This document shows positions 10,197-19,179 of a stretch of 32,000 bases of DNA, piece after piece. The notes beneath the pieces are model-generated. The model was given only the letters and a program-made list of their open reading frames with translations, was not told the DNA's origin and did no database searches. The stretch is from a virus: positions 21,839 to 53,838 of the IMG/VR virus record IMGVR_UViG_3300045988_179474. One strand, given 5' to 3'. The position numbers were made by a program, and so were the translations under genes. The first letter of the stretch is position 1, and each line of letters starts with the position of its first letter.

Positions 10197-10347
10197 TGAT
10201 ATATAAAAGCCAGTATCCGCAAGGGATACTGACTGAACTTTCTTTATGTATGTGATACTTCCTTTGTATGGTCTCAGCATACCGGCGGATGAAGAAAACG
10301 CCTTATTCTCCTTTCAAGAACCCAAGAACCTGAGAACCAAAGAATCA
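10197..10347 (-). promoter_or_regulatory. Composite promoter/leader element, copy A
   Basis: 8-bp repeats 10316-10347; 30-bp core 10254-10283; hairpin 10209-10233 (minus GUCAGUAUCC-CUUGC-GGAUACUGGC) then UUUUAUAUAUCA. Confidence 0.85.
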
Positions 10348-10354
10348 CAAAGAA

Positions 10355-10381
10355 AAGCGCCGCCCGTGATGGGCGACGCTT
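10355..10381 (-). terminator. Terminator-like hairpin of the upstream gene
   Basis: AAGCGCCGCCC-GTGAT-GGGCGACGCTT followed by TTC on the minus strand. Confidence 0.65.
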
Positions 10382-10399
10382 CTGTTCCGGAAAGATAAT

Positions 10400-12154
10400 T
10401 CAGGGGTTTGCGGCAAAAAGCAGGTTACTGATTTCTCCGCACACAGCGTAGATGCCGGCGGTATCTTTCTTTCCGCTGGCTCCGGAGGTAAGTACGACCA
10501 CGCCGCAGCCCGTGTCAGGATTGTAGCACATGAGGTTGTACGCACCGTATGCGCTGCCGGTGTGATAGAACAATCTGCTCTGCCCATAGGTATTGGCTCG
10601 CAGACGCAGAGGCTGGCACTGGTAGAATCCGCCGGACACAGCCTTATCGCCGTGTGACTCCAATGTGGAGACGATGGACGGAGAAAGGTACTGTGCGCCC
10701 TCGTATTTGCCATCACCGGCAAGCAACGCCACAATTTTTCCAAGGTCGTAGGCGCTGATGGTGAGTCCGCCTGCGAATCCACTGCCGTCCGTACCGGGCA
10801 GTTCGTCATCAATAGCCTTGAGCATTTCCTGGTAGGACAGGCCCGTGCTGCCATCGGCACGGTAGAGCACCGCCAGTTTTTTCGTATCGGATACACTCCC
10901 TGTTCGGAATGCCGCGTCGATGGACAGTGGACGGTAGAGGTAATGTCCAAGCAGCTCGTCCATCGTGCAGCTGTTTGCTCGCTCGACCGCAAGCCCCAGT
11001 GCAGAGAAGGCGTAGTTGTTATACAGCCAGTTTTCCAAGTTGCCGGAACAGACCTCGCGTGTCGCAGACGAAGACATGAGTCGCGTCTTCATCCCCTCAT
11101 AGCTTCTTGATACATCCTCCGGTGCCCTGAGAGAAGATGTATGTGTGAGAACGGAACGGACTGTAATGTGGTCTCCTTCCTGTGCTTTGTGGATGGGAAA
11201 ACCGAGGTAGGTGTCCAGCTCTGTATCGAGAGTCATCGTTCCTTCTTCTGCGGAAAGGCTCGCTGCCATACCAACAAGCACTTTTGAGATGGATGCAGCC
11301 CGAACTTTCGTATCTGCTGTCATGGCTGATACTCCGCGAACCGCCTCTCCATACGCAAAGGTATCTGATACATGGCCGTCCTTAATGTACGCAATCGACA
11401 GACCGACCGCACCGTACTTTTTTGCAATCGCATTGATTCTGTTTTGCAACGCTGCGTGCTGTTCTGTGGCCTGCACCACGGCTGACGCCGGGATTGTCCG
11501 GACAACAGGTCCGTTATTCTGGAGCCAGCAGCCGAGTGCGAGAATCATATCGACAGCTTCTTTATGATTCATCGTGCCTTTCGGCTCGAATCCTTTTTCT
11601 GAAGCGGTCAGGATGCCGTTCTCCATGCACCATTTCACAGCTCTTCTCGCGTAAAGCGGGACCTGCGCGGCGTCAGCGCACGCAAGCAGCGTGCGGGATG
11701 AAAGCGGGGCGGCGTCACAGCCCATCGCCTTCGCCAGACGGGCAGCCATCACAGCGGCCTCATTCCGTGTCAGCGGTGTGTCCGGCTCCAGTACGCCGGC
11801 CGCCGTGCCATTTATGATTCCGTTTGCCTTTGCCCAGCTCACCTGAAGCGCGTAGTATGCGTTCTCCGGAACATCGGGGAACGATGTGCTCTGAACCGTA
11901 TCAAGCTCCGGGTTTGCGAGGTTCACCAGCATGGTCAGGAACTGCGCCCGTGTGGTCTCACCTTCTGTCTCAAGCATTTCTTCCGGGATACCGTCCGGCA
12001 CGCCGGCTTCAAGACTCTGAGTCGGCTCAGTGTTATACGTTGCGTCTCGCACCTCCGTATCGGTCTCAAATTCTAATGCTGCGGAGCTTGGCGTCGCGAA
12101 AAGCAGCAGCAAAAAAGCCGCAGCAAATGCGGTAAATTTTCTTTTCACGTTCAT
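10400..12154 (-). CDS. Secreted SLH-domain protein with class-C beta-lactamase-like serine hydrolase domain, 584 aa
   Basis: Signal peptide; SLH-like repeats (TTRAQFLTMLVNLAN...SFPDVPENAYYALQVSWAKANGIINGT); SISK, YNN and HTG motifs of the serine beta-lactamase/PBP-like fold. Confidence 0.85.
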   Translation of the reverse strand: MNVKRKFTAFAAAFLLLLFATPSSAALEFETDTEVRDATYNTEPTQSLEAGVPDGIPEEMLETEGETTRAQFLTMLVNLANPELDTVQSTSFPDVPENAYYALQVSWAKANGIINGTAAGVLEPDTPLTRNEAAVMAARLAKAMGCDAAPLSSRTLLACADAAQVPLYARRAVKWCMENGILTASEKGFEPKGTMNHKEAVDMILALGCWLQNNGPVVRTIPASAVVQATEQHAALQNRINAIAKKYGAVGLSIAYIKDGHVSDTFAYGEAVRGVSAMTADTKVRAASISKVLVGMAASLSAEEGTMTLDTELDTYLGFPIHKAQEGDHITVRSVLTHTSSLRAPEDVSRSYEGMKTRLMSSSATREVCSGNLENWLYNNYAFSALGLAVERANSCTMDELLGHYLYRPLSIDAAFRTGSVSDTKKLAVLYRADGSTGLSYQEMLKAIDDELPGTDGSGFAGGLTISAYDLGKIVALLAGDGKYEGAQYLSPSIVSTLESHGDKAVSGGFYQCQPLRLRANTYGQSRLFYHTGSAYGAYNLMCYNPDTGCGVVVLTSGASGKKDTAGIYAVCGEISNLLFAANP

Positions 12155-12229
12155 AAAAAATATTGGCCGCTCCTCCCCCCACGCCTTTCGGCGCGTGGGG
12201 GAGAAACGGCATTCTCCTTTCCGATAAAA

Positions 12230-12775
12230 TTATTGCCATCTCACGGCATGGTAGATTCCCGCTCCCTGTTCCGGGTCATTTTTGCTTGCTGGAAGGTCTT
12301 CATAGTGGACGCCCCGCATCTTCCGGGTAATCTTGATGGGATACGGAAGAGCTGCGTTGTCCTCGTTGTAGCAGGCAATGTCGATGCCGACGCCGCGAAG
12401 CTCGGCACTATAGGGCCGGTATAAGCTGACGGTTTCCCTCAGATGCTTGTCGAGCGCGTCACGCAACTGCTCAAACGGGATGGACAGGTCTGCAATGACC
12501 GGATACCATCTGAAATCCTTCAGACGGTACTGCTTTACGCTCCCGTTGTAGAAGCGGTGGATATGCGGAAGCAGGAAGTCCGGATTCTCCGCGATGAATG
12601 CGCGGTTCCACCGAACGACCAGTTCGTACACATCCTGCCCGTTGAACTCGCCGTAGCCTTCATAGCATGGCTCGTGGATAAAGGTCCCGTCCGGGCAGGC
12701 AATATAGCCTGCCCGGTCAGTACGCAGGTTCTGTGTGTTGTCAGTATCGGCAAAAAGCCAGGAAAAGCATCCCAT
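12230..12775 (-). CDS. Hypothetical protein, ~181 aa (start trimmed to MGCFSWLFADTDNTQNL)
   Basis: ORF track start at 12952 overlaps the upstream gene; MGCFSW start is preceded by GGGAGGCGGAG. Confidence 0.7.
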   Translation of the reverse strand: MGCFSWLFADTDNTQNLRTDRAGYIACPDGTFIHEPCYEGYGEFNGQDVYELVVRWNRAFIAENPDFLLPHIHRFYNGSVKQYRLKDFRWYPVIADLSIPFEQLRDALDKHLRETVSLYRPYSAELRGVGIDIACYNEDNAALPYPIKITRKMRGVHYEDLPASKNDPEQGAGIYHAVRWQ

Positions 12776-12791
12776 GTCTCCGCCTCCCCTC

Positions 12792-13208
12792 TCACGCCGC
12801 GTTGGAACGAATGTCCGTGAGGATACGCTCCAGCGCCTTGTATACGCCGGACGGCGTAAGCGCGTGCTGTTCCTTCGACAGGTCATTCCCTCTCCCGTGG
12901 TTCCACAGGAGAAGTGTGAAGATTTCAGGGTGCTCCGCAAACACGCGGCCATATACGGCCTTCGTATCGGCGTTCAGGATGGACACGGTAGCATTCATCC
13001 CCCGGTTCTTGAGCGCACGGCAGATGCGCCGTGCCTCCAGACGGAGCGCCTGCTTGGATTCATCCAGCAGCTTCCCATCCTCGCTCATGTCGAAGTAAAT
13101 GGTTAGGTTGCCATTGAACGCACCATGCACAGCGCCGCCATCCACGATATCGAACAGCTTCACGTTCTCAATGTCATATTCAAAACGCACCAATGTTCTC
13201 ATTGTCAT
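12792..13208 (-). CDS. Hypothetical protein, 138 aa
   Basis: Operon ORF with 4-nt overlap with upstream gene and good SD. Confidence 0.75.
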   Translation of the reverse strand: MTMRTLVRFEYDIENVKLFDIVDGGAVHGAFNGNLTIYFDMSEDGKLLDESKQALRLEARRICRALKNRGMNATVSILNADTKAVYGRVFAEHPEIFTLLLWNHGRGNDLSKEQHALTPSGVYKALERILTDIRSNAA

Positions 13209-13987
13209 TTCTCTCCTTTCCCTTCTTCAAAAATGATTTTGGCTGCCTTGCGAAGCTCCGCGACCTTTTTTGCTTTATTTCCCGTGTCATCCAGGTCGAA
13301 AGTAAGGGCAGCATCCTTGAACCGCGTACAGCCATTCAGAGCGTCATCCCAGAGCGCACCGCGTTCCTCCTGTGCCTTGCTGAGCAGCGCCGCCTTATCC
13401 GAAGACGCGGCGAGTTGCTTCTTCAACGCGGGGAAATCGCGTTCGTCCATTTCGCAGGCGTTCGTATACTCGAAACGCTCATAGAGCGAATCAAGGTACT
13501 GGGTGGCTTTTTTTGTTAAGCCAAAACCCCTTACATAGACGTCTTTCCCGGCAGAATCGCTCAGGAAGCAGAGGCTCGGATTGGACTGCGCGGAGAATTC
13601 GTAGACCGCCTCGCAGACAGCCTGCAAATTTTCCATGCTTTCTTTACGATTGGGGACATCTTTCCCTTCCAGATGTTTGGTCAGGAACTCCTCCAAGCCT
13701 TTGCGCTCCTCAGACGGGAATAACCATGTGGCTCGCCACGAATTCCGCAGTAAGACGGGGTAGACCGCGCCGCCGACGAGAATGGCGAATTCATCCGCCG
13801 CGTCATCTCCGAAGAACTCAAGAGCGCTTCTGAGCCACGGCAGCAAGGCAGAAGAAACTACATCTTCGGCGATATCCGCCGCTCGTGTTTCTTCCTGAAT
13901 ACCCTGTACGCAACGCGCCATAATCGTGAGGTCGTAGATACTCTGCGGCTTTCCGATGTGCCACGCATCGAAGATTGTCATGCTCAT
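13205..13987 (-). CDS. Hypothetical protein, 260 aa
   Basis: Complete ORF in operon. Confidence 0.75.
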   Translation of the reverse strand: MSMTIFDAWHIGKPQSIYDLTIMARCVQGIQEETRAADIAEDVVSSALLPWLRSALEFFGDDAADEFAILVGGAVYPVLLRNSWRATWLFPSEERKGLEEFLTKHLEGKDVPNRKESMENLQAVCEAVYEFSAQSNPSLCFLSDSAGKDVYVRGFGLTKKATQYLDSLYERFEYTNACEMDERDFPALKKQLAASSDKAALLSKAQEERGALWDDALNGCTRFKDAALTFDLDDTGNKAKKVAELRKAAKIIFEEGKGEK

Positions 13988-13988
13988 T

Positions 13989-14903
13989 TTACGCCTCCCT
14001 TTCCGCCTGCTGCATCAGCTGGGCAAGGATATCGTAGGCGTCTGTACCCTTTACCTTGTTGAGCAGTGCCATTGTGTCCGCATAACGTTCTCTGATGACA
14101 GGCATACCGCAGAGCGCGGAACGAACCTGAAAATATCCCGGCGTCCGCTTGGCGGCAGCCAGCAGATGTGCTACGTTGCAGACACTCAACTCTTCTGCGC
14201 ATCCGGCCCACTCGAAGGAGTCTCGGCCGATGGGTGCGCCGTTGCGGGGTGGAGTATTCCGCTCAATGGCGTCCAGGTACTCCTGCGTGTAACGCTCGGT
14301 GGAGGTGTCTTGAAGCGCCTCATAGGCCATCTTGAACGCGGCCAGCCACAGCCAAATGCGGTGTGCGATGGTTCGTCCCATATACGGGACGGTCTCCACG
14401 CCGTCCGCGTCCATCTCCAGCCATGCGGAGAAGGCATCGGGATTTGCCGCGAAGCCATTCTTAGAGTTGAAGCTGCCCAGCAGGTCCGTTTCTCTCTCGT
14501 CGAGGTCGTCCTGATACTCTGTTTCTCCGTTTGCGAGCATATCGGGATGATTGTCCCTATACTCTTCCAGCAACATGGTCTTGCGCTCACGAAGCTCACC
14601 CTTGGCCGTTTCGTAATCAAAGAAGTAGTCGTCCGTTGTGCAGACAAACTTCTCCATGAAATAGCCGGGTTTCTTCCAGTAGCCGGAAAGAGCCTTCAAA
14701 GTGGCAGTCTCCGTCAGGCAAATGACCGCAGAGCCAAGGTCTCCGGTGATATACACATGATAGCCGTCCATCACCGCACGAATCGCGTACGCCTGCGTCC
14801 CTGGCTGTCTCCAGTTCAGAACGCGCACGTTTTCGTCCAGAATGTCGAGGCGTGCCTTGTGGTTTGCGAATCGCTTTTCAGCTTTTACCATTTCCTGATT
14901 CAT
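13989..14903 (-). CDS. Hypothetical protein, 304 aa
   Basis: Complete ORF in operon, AAAGGAG SD. Confidence 0.75.
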   Translation of the reverse strand: MNQEMVKAEKRFANHKARLDILDENVRVLNWRQPGTQAYAIRAVMDGYHVYITGDLGSAVICLTETATLKALSGYWKKPGYFMEKFVCTTDDYFFDYETAKGELRERKTMLLEEYRDNHPDMLANGETEYQDDLDERETDLLGSFNSKNGFAANPDAFSAWLEMDADGVETVPYMGRTIAHRIWLWLAAFKMAYEALQDTSTERYTQEYLDAIERNTPPRNGAPIGRDSFEWAGCAEELSVCNVAHLLAAAKRTPGYFQVRSALCGMPVIRERYADTMALLNKVKGTDAYDILAQLMQQAEREA

Positions 14904-14925
14904 TTTTTACTTCTCCTTTCCGCGT

Positions 14926-15117
14926 TCAGCAGTAGCTGCGTGCAAAATCCCGGTAAGCGTTGATACTCATTTCACAGTCATCGACCAGTCGATTGATGAT
15001 GGAGATTTCGTCCTCGGCAACACCGGAATCCTGAAGCTGCTTGAGCTTCTCGTTCACTTCCTCTACGGTCTCACAGGTAGTGAACCGGTGAGAATGGAAA
15101 TCCAAAACATAAAACAT
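14926..15117 (-). CDS. Hypothetical small acidic protein, 63 aa
   Basis: AAAGGAG SD, operonic. Confidence 0.65.
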   Translation of the reverse strand: MFYVLDFHSHRFTTCETVEEVNEKLKQLQDSGVAEDEISIINRLVDDCEMSINAYRDFARSYC

Positions 15118-15139
15118 AGAAATCTTCTCCTTTCGGTTT

Positions 15140-15370
15140 TCAAATGGTTGTGTTGTAATCCTTCGTCTTCACTTGGATGATAATTTGCGTACATTTGACA
15201 GTCACGAATGTCACTTTTGCTTCCAGGATACCTGGCATAGCGACTGCCGGAATCTGGTATAGGCTGCGAAAATGCCCAATCTCCTGCAAGCCGACGCGAA
15301 CTACGACAGGGATTTCATCGCTGGCGGCACCGATTTGGCTGCAAAAGTCGAAAACAGTCAGTTTCTTCAT
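15140..15370 (-). CDS. Hypothetical small protein, 76 aa (start MKKLTVF)
   Basis: Operonic ORF; ORF-track start at 15385 is in frame. Confidence 0.6.
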   Translation of the reverse strand: MKKLTVFDFCSQIGAASDEIPVVVRVGLQEIGHFRSLYQIPAVAMPGILEAKVTFVTVKCTQIIIQVKTKDYNTTI

Positions 15371-15385
15371 AGGGTTATCCCCCAC

Positions 15386-15931
15386 TCAGTTCCAGCAGAG
15401 ATTCCTGATTTCGCGGTCAGACAGACCAATCGTTCCATCCAGCATCTCCGTCAAGAACTCATACTGCTCGTCGCCAGTCATGCGGTCGGCATACTCCAAA
15501 ACATTGTGGATAATGCGACCCGCCGTGCCGTCGATGTCGAAGTTGTTCAGAAGCCACTCGTAAGTGCCTTCGAGGCCGCAGGCTTCAGTCTCCTCGTCAT
15601 CTGTGTTGGCGTCGCCATTTTCAAGAGCGTCAGCAAGGTCGTTGAGCATCTCTTGGATGGCGTCAGCGTCTTCCACCAACGTCTTGATGTCTGGCACACC
15701 ACTCACGCTGCCCTGCGCATCGACCAACATCTTGACGTGTTCCTCGGTATCGAAGCTGTCCGCGTAAGAACGGACTTCGGCTGCAAGACTCTCGGCGTCA
15801 GATGCGTCTTTCGTCAGAACCGTGAAGGAGAAATCTTCCCCCGCCGGACTGCACTGGTTAAATTCGATGCTATCGCTGTCCATATCGACTGCCCATCCGT
15901 AGCTTTCTGCAATTTGAATCATTTTTTCCAT
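15386..15931 (-). CDS. Hypothetical acidic protein, 181 aa, first gene of operon B
   Basis: SD AAAGGAG; downstream of leader copy B. Confidence 0.75.
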   Translation of the reverse strand: MEKMIQIAESYGWAVDMDSDSIEFNQCSPAGEDFSFTVLTKDASDAESLAAEVRSYADSFDTEEHVKMLVDAQGSVSGVPDIKTLVEDADAIQEMLNDLADALENGDANTDDEETEACGLEGTYEWLLNNFDIDGTAGRIIHNVLEYADRMTGDEQYEFLTEMLDGTIGLSDREIRNLCWN

Positions 15932-15960
15932 TTTTTAATTCTCCTTTTTTGAAATTTTTT

Positions 15961-16110
15961 TGATATATAAAAGCCAGCATCCGTATGGACGCTGACTGAA
16001 TTTTCTTTGTGTTTGTGATACTTCTTTTGTATGGTCTCAGCATACCGGCAGGCACGGAAAACTCCGCATTTTGCAAATTGGAACCTAAGAACCGAGGAAC
16101 CTCAAATCTG
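15961..16110 (-). promoter_or_regulatory. Composite promoter/leader element, copy B
   Basis: 8-bp repeats 16079-16110; core 16017-16046; hairpin 15973-15996 (minus GUCAGCGUCC-AUAC-GGAUGCUGGC) then UUUUAUAUAUCA. Confidence 0.85.
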
Positions 16111-16135
16111 GAGTGTGAAAAGACGAAAAGAAAAA

Positions 16136-16159
16136 GCGCCGCCCACAAAGGGGCGGCGC
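16136..16159 (-). terminator. Rho-independent terminator of operon C
   Basis: GCGCCGCCC-loop-GGGCGGCGC followed by TTTTTC on the minus strand. Confidence 0.75.
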
Positions 16160-16165
16160 GCAGGT

Positions 16166-16378
16166 TTAAGACTTGGGAATGGCCTCCAGAAAGGGTTCGA
16201 CCTTCCGGAACACCTTCTCAGAGCAGAGAACATTATTTCCGTTGCCAAGGTGCAGTTCCACGCGGTCGCCGATTCTGTTCCAGACCTTCTCCCCGTGCAG
16301 TGTATAGACGGGTAGGCTGCCGTATCTGCCGGCTTCCACGGTATGCAGCAGAGACGTCAAGTTCTTGATTTTATACAA
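16166..16378 (-). CDS. Hypothetical protein, 70 aa
   Basis: Last gene of operon C, overlaps upstream ORF. Confidence 0.6.
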   Translation of the reverse strand: MYKIKNLTSLLHTVEAGRYGSLPVYTLHGEKVWNRIGDRVELHLGNGNNVLCSEKVFRKVEPFLEAIPKS

Positions 16379-17132
16379 GGGCCGTCACCTCTGTCATTTC
16401 CCCGTCGCAACGGAGAATCTTGAAGACCGCCATATCCACATTGGGATATGCCTCGGCAATCTTCTGGGCGACCTCGGCCTTGGAGGCTGCGTATACGTCC
16501 ATGACGAGCATGGGACCACCGCAGTCCGCCCAGTTGCCCTCCTGGGATTCATCCATCGGGTCAGCATCCTCGGACAGCTGCTGGGGGAAGTAGCCCTGCG
16601 CGTCGCGCACATACGAGCTATTCAGGAACACAAGATAGCGGCATTCCGCAACCTTGTCCCTGACTCGCTCAAAGAAGGCGCTGGCATCGAAGAGCTTTAC
16701 CGCTTCCTCAAAGTGACTCGCACACTCCTCCGCAGGGACAAACAGGGCAATTTCGTCACCCTCCGGGTCGGTATCCTCGCCGAACAGAACGGTCCCCCAC
16801 GGCTTGCACTGTCTGGTCAGTTCCGTTGCAATGCTGCGGAGCGCTTTCCTCGCCTTCTGTTTGGCGTCCTTGACAGCAGGGACATCCATCCAGTTACTGT
16901 TGAACATCGTCGTGAGGAGCATCCCATCCTCGCCACTGTAAGTGACCGTATAGAGATTTGCGTCGTAGCCGGTGCTGAGCTGATAGTGTTCGTACAGTTC
17001 CTTCACCGCAGCGGGAAGCCGCTCAGAGTCACCTGTCGAAAACCCAGAACCGGGATAGTTTACCTCGCCCTCGGCGTTACACCAGTAATACATGGAATCG
17101 GTCTGATATGCTTTGTTCAAACTTTTAATCAT
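16371..17132 (-). CDS. Hypothetical protein, 253 aa
   Basis: Operonic ORF with SD. Confidence 0.75.
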   Translation of the reverse strand: MIKSLNKAYQTDSMYYWCNAEGEVNYPGSGFSTGDSERLPAAVKELYEHYQLSTGYDANLYTVTYSGEDGMLLTTMFNSNWMDVPAVKDAKQKARKALRSIATELTRQCKPWGTVLFGEDTDPEGDEIALFVPAEECASHFEEAVKLFDASAFFERVRDKVAECRYLVFLNSSYVRDAQGYFPQQLSEDADPMDESQEGNWADCGGPMLVMDVYAASKAEVAQKIAEAYPNVDMAVFKILRCDGEMTEVTALV

Positions 17133-17162
17133 TTTTCATTTCTCCTTTGTTCCGTATTTTTC

Positions 17163-17708
17163 TTATTCATTGCCCGCCCGGATAACCGCAGCGACGGCCT
17201 CTGGCGTCGCGCCGATGGCATCCGTATAGTTGATGAACTCGTCCTCGGCATAGTCGCGTCCGCCCACGATGTAGGCAGAAACTACCATAGTCCAGAGGTG
17301 TTTGAAATCCTCAACGGACATATCGGCTGGCCGCTTAGCCAGCAGCCTTGGATGGGTCTTGGCAACAATGTCCAGCAGGGCATCTTCGTCGATGGTCTTG
17401 CTGTACGCATAGGTCTCCTTGTCGTTCAGGAGTCGTTCGACCTGTGCGGCCAGGATTTCGACGCGCTCATAAGCGGTCAGCGCCCCGGCACCGTCGTCAG
17501 GACCGCAGCCGTTGTCCAGCTGGGCCTGGAATGCGGTCAAGTCCTCGTCCCAACAGGCGGTGTGTGCCAAGTAATAATAGGCGTTCTCGGCAGCCACATT
17601 GACGTCGAACCTGGAGTCATACTCCAGCTCGTCCAGTGCCCTGTCGATGACCTCCCGAACCCGTTTAAGGGTGAGAGAGGAGGATTCGTAGTCTTTCAGC
17701 AATTTCAT
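17163..17708 (-). CDS. Hypothetical protein, 181 aa (start MKLLKDY)
   Basis: Start trimmed to the ATG preceded by AAAGGAG. Confidence 0.7.
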   Translation of the reverse strand: MKLLKDYESSSLTLKRVREVIDRALDELEYDSRFDVNVAAENAYYYLAHTACWDEDLTAFQAQLDNGCGPDDGAGALTAYERVEILAAQVERLLNDKETYAYSKTIDEDALLDIVAKTHPRLLAKRPADMSVEDFKHLWTMVVSAYIVGGRDYAEDEFINYTDAIGATPEAVAAVIRAGNE

Positions 17709-17736
17709 GCTTCTGTCTCCTTTCAAGTCAAGAAAA

Positions 17737-19167
17737 TCAGTTGTTGGGCTTCAGAATATCGGGTATCCAGTTTTCAGCAGATGGCCTGCGGAGGCTCTCC
17801 GGCACGCAATCATAGAACGCCGAATTTTCCGCCACAGCCATGTCGATAATCCAGAAATCGTCACCATTCTGCATCACGTCGATGCTCCACTGGCCTTGCA
17901 GGTCAAGCGCCGGCAGGAATTCCCGAATGTGTTCCACCACAGAATCGACATTCTCATGGTAGCGCCGCATCAAGGTCGCTTCGTGACTTTTGAAAATCAC
18001 ATAATCGTGCATCTGATGCGGACTGTTTGCGTCCGAGCATGAACCAAAGCGATTGAGCATAGTCTTCGGCTCCCAATAGGGAGAGACACCGATGACAGCA
18101 TCGCTGTCACAGTCAACAAATACGCGATATTCCGTATGAAGAGGCAAACCATGATAGATACAGGGATTTCCCTCTTTATCTGGAATAAATTCCCGCACGA
18201 CCCACTCATTTGTCGTTGAGACCCCATAAATGCAGGGAAAGCTAAGGGGACCGGCCATCTGTAACGCCTGATGGTGGATGTAGAGCAAATACTCGCCAAG
18301 CTCTCGAACCTCTTTTTCTCCGTGTACCAGGCAATTCCGGAAGTCGAACTTCGATGAATAGGTGCCGGTTTTCACGAAGTAATCCCGCTCGTCATTCAGG
18401 CGAAATACAGCGTGCGCCCAGTTATCGACGATTTGGATGGTCGAAGGCGTTAGGCTGTGATAGTCCAGACGAGTCAGCTGTAAGAGCGTCAGGGGGACCT
18501 TGGCTATCGTCGTTGCCGGAATCCGGAAGAATCCAGAATCCCGGTAGGCACGCACAAGCTCCGGGAACCAATGTCCGATGGAGTTGCGATTCTGCCCGAT
18601 GATGCGGTAGGCCAGCGCATCAAGGTCAAGGATGTCCAGTCCCTGCCGAAAGCGGTTATACGCATCCCGACGGTCCTTCGGCGTCTTCCCGTTCTGCATC
18701 TTGTCGTAGTAGAACAGGAACACAGCTGAGGCGGTGATGTCAAGGTCTCGCTTCATCAGTTCCCCACTCAGCTGCGGTCGCAGCGAAGCGGGAATTCGCA
18801 GCAGGTCCTGATTGGTGACAGGAGCATTTTTCTCCGGTGCGTTGGAAAGCGATTTTTCAATTTTGCCTGTTTTCCCATCATAAGTGTAGGTCAGCGTCTG
18901 CCAGATAAGCTCCTTCACGATGCGTTCCGTAAGAGCTTTCAGCTCTTCCGGGCTGTCGTCGCCGAGCCGCTCGTTTTTCGCCGCTGCCTGCCTGGAATTG
19001 ACCTCGAAAATGCTTTCTGGCTCAGTCTGCAACGCAGCTTTGGAATAAGCCTTCTCGAAGGCATCCAGTGCATCAGGACTGACGCGCAGGATTTCCGCGA
19101 TTCGGTCTCTGCTAATGTAGAATTTCTGTGCGGATGTCTGAGCAAACAGATTGTCTAAACCAAACAT
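17737..19167 (-). CDS. ATP-grasp-like protein (D123/R2K-like motifs), 476 aa
   Basis: YFVKTGTYSSKFDFRNC, HTEYRVFVDCDSDAVIGVSPYW and WSIDVMQNGDDFWIIDMA resemble ATP-grasp nucleotide/metal-binding strands of the D123-like class. Confidence 0.55.
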   Translation of the reverse strand: MFGLDNLFAQTSAQKFYISRDRIAEILRVSPDALDAFEKAYSKAALQTEPESIFEVNSRQAAAKNERLGDDSPEELKALTERIVKELIWQTLTYTYDGKTGKIEKSLSNAPEKNAPVTNQDLLRIPASLRPQLSGELMKRDLDITASAVFLFYYDKMQNGKTPKDRRDAYNRFRQGLDILDLDALAYRIIGQNRNSIGHWFPELVRAYRDSGFFRIPATTIAKVPLTLLQLTRLDYHSLTPSTIQIVDNWAHAVFRLNDERDYFVKTGTYSSKFDFRNCLVHGEKEVRELGEYLLYIHHQALQMAGPLSFPCIYGVSTTNEWVVREFIPDKEGNPCIYHGLPLHTEYRVFVDCDSDAVIGVSPYWEPKTMLNRFGSCSDANSPHQMHDYVIFKSHEATLMRRYHENVDSVVEHIREFLPALDLQGQWSIDVMQNGDDFWIIDMAVAENSAFYDCVPESLRRPSAENWIPDILKPNN

Positions 19168-19179
19168 CTTCAGCCCTCC

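Noticed and set aside
10266-10282. GTATG...CATAC imperfect palindrome as the primary operator
   Set aside because: Symmetry is nearly perfect in E (GTATGCTC-T-GAGCATAC) but weak in A-D and lost in F, while the GGTATG and GAAGTATC boxes and their spacing persist. Symmetry is therefore probably not the main constraint.
12776-12952. N-terminal extension of the 12230..12952 ORF
   Set aside because: Overlaps the end of the upstream gene; internal MGCFSW start has a good SD.
15870-16148. Conserved leader peptide (MLAFIYxK...) in the cassette leaders
   Set aside because: The ATG exists only in copies B and D; A, C and E have ATA, GTG or no start. The apparent peptide similarity reflects the conserved hairpin/U-tract DNA.
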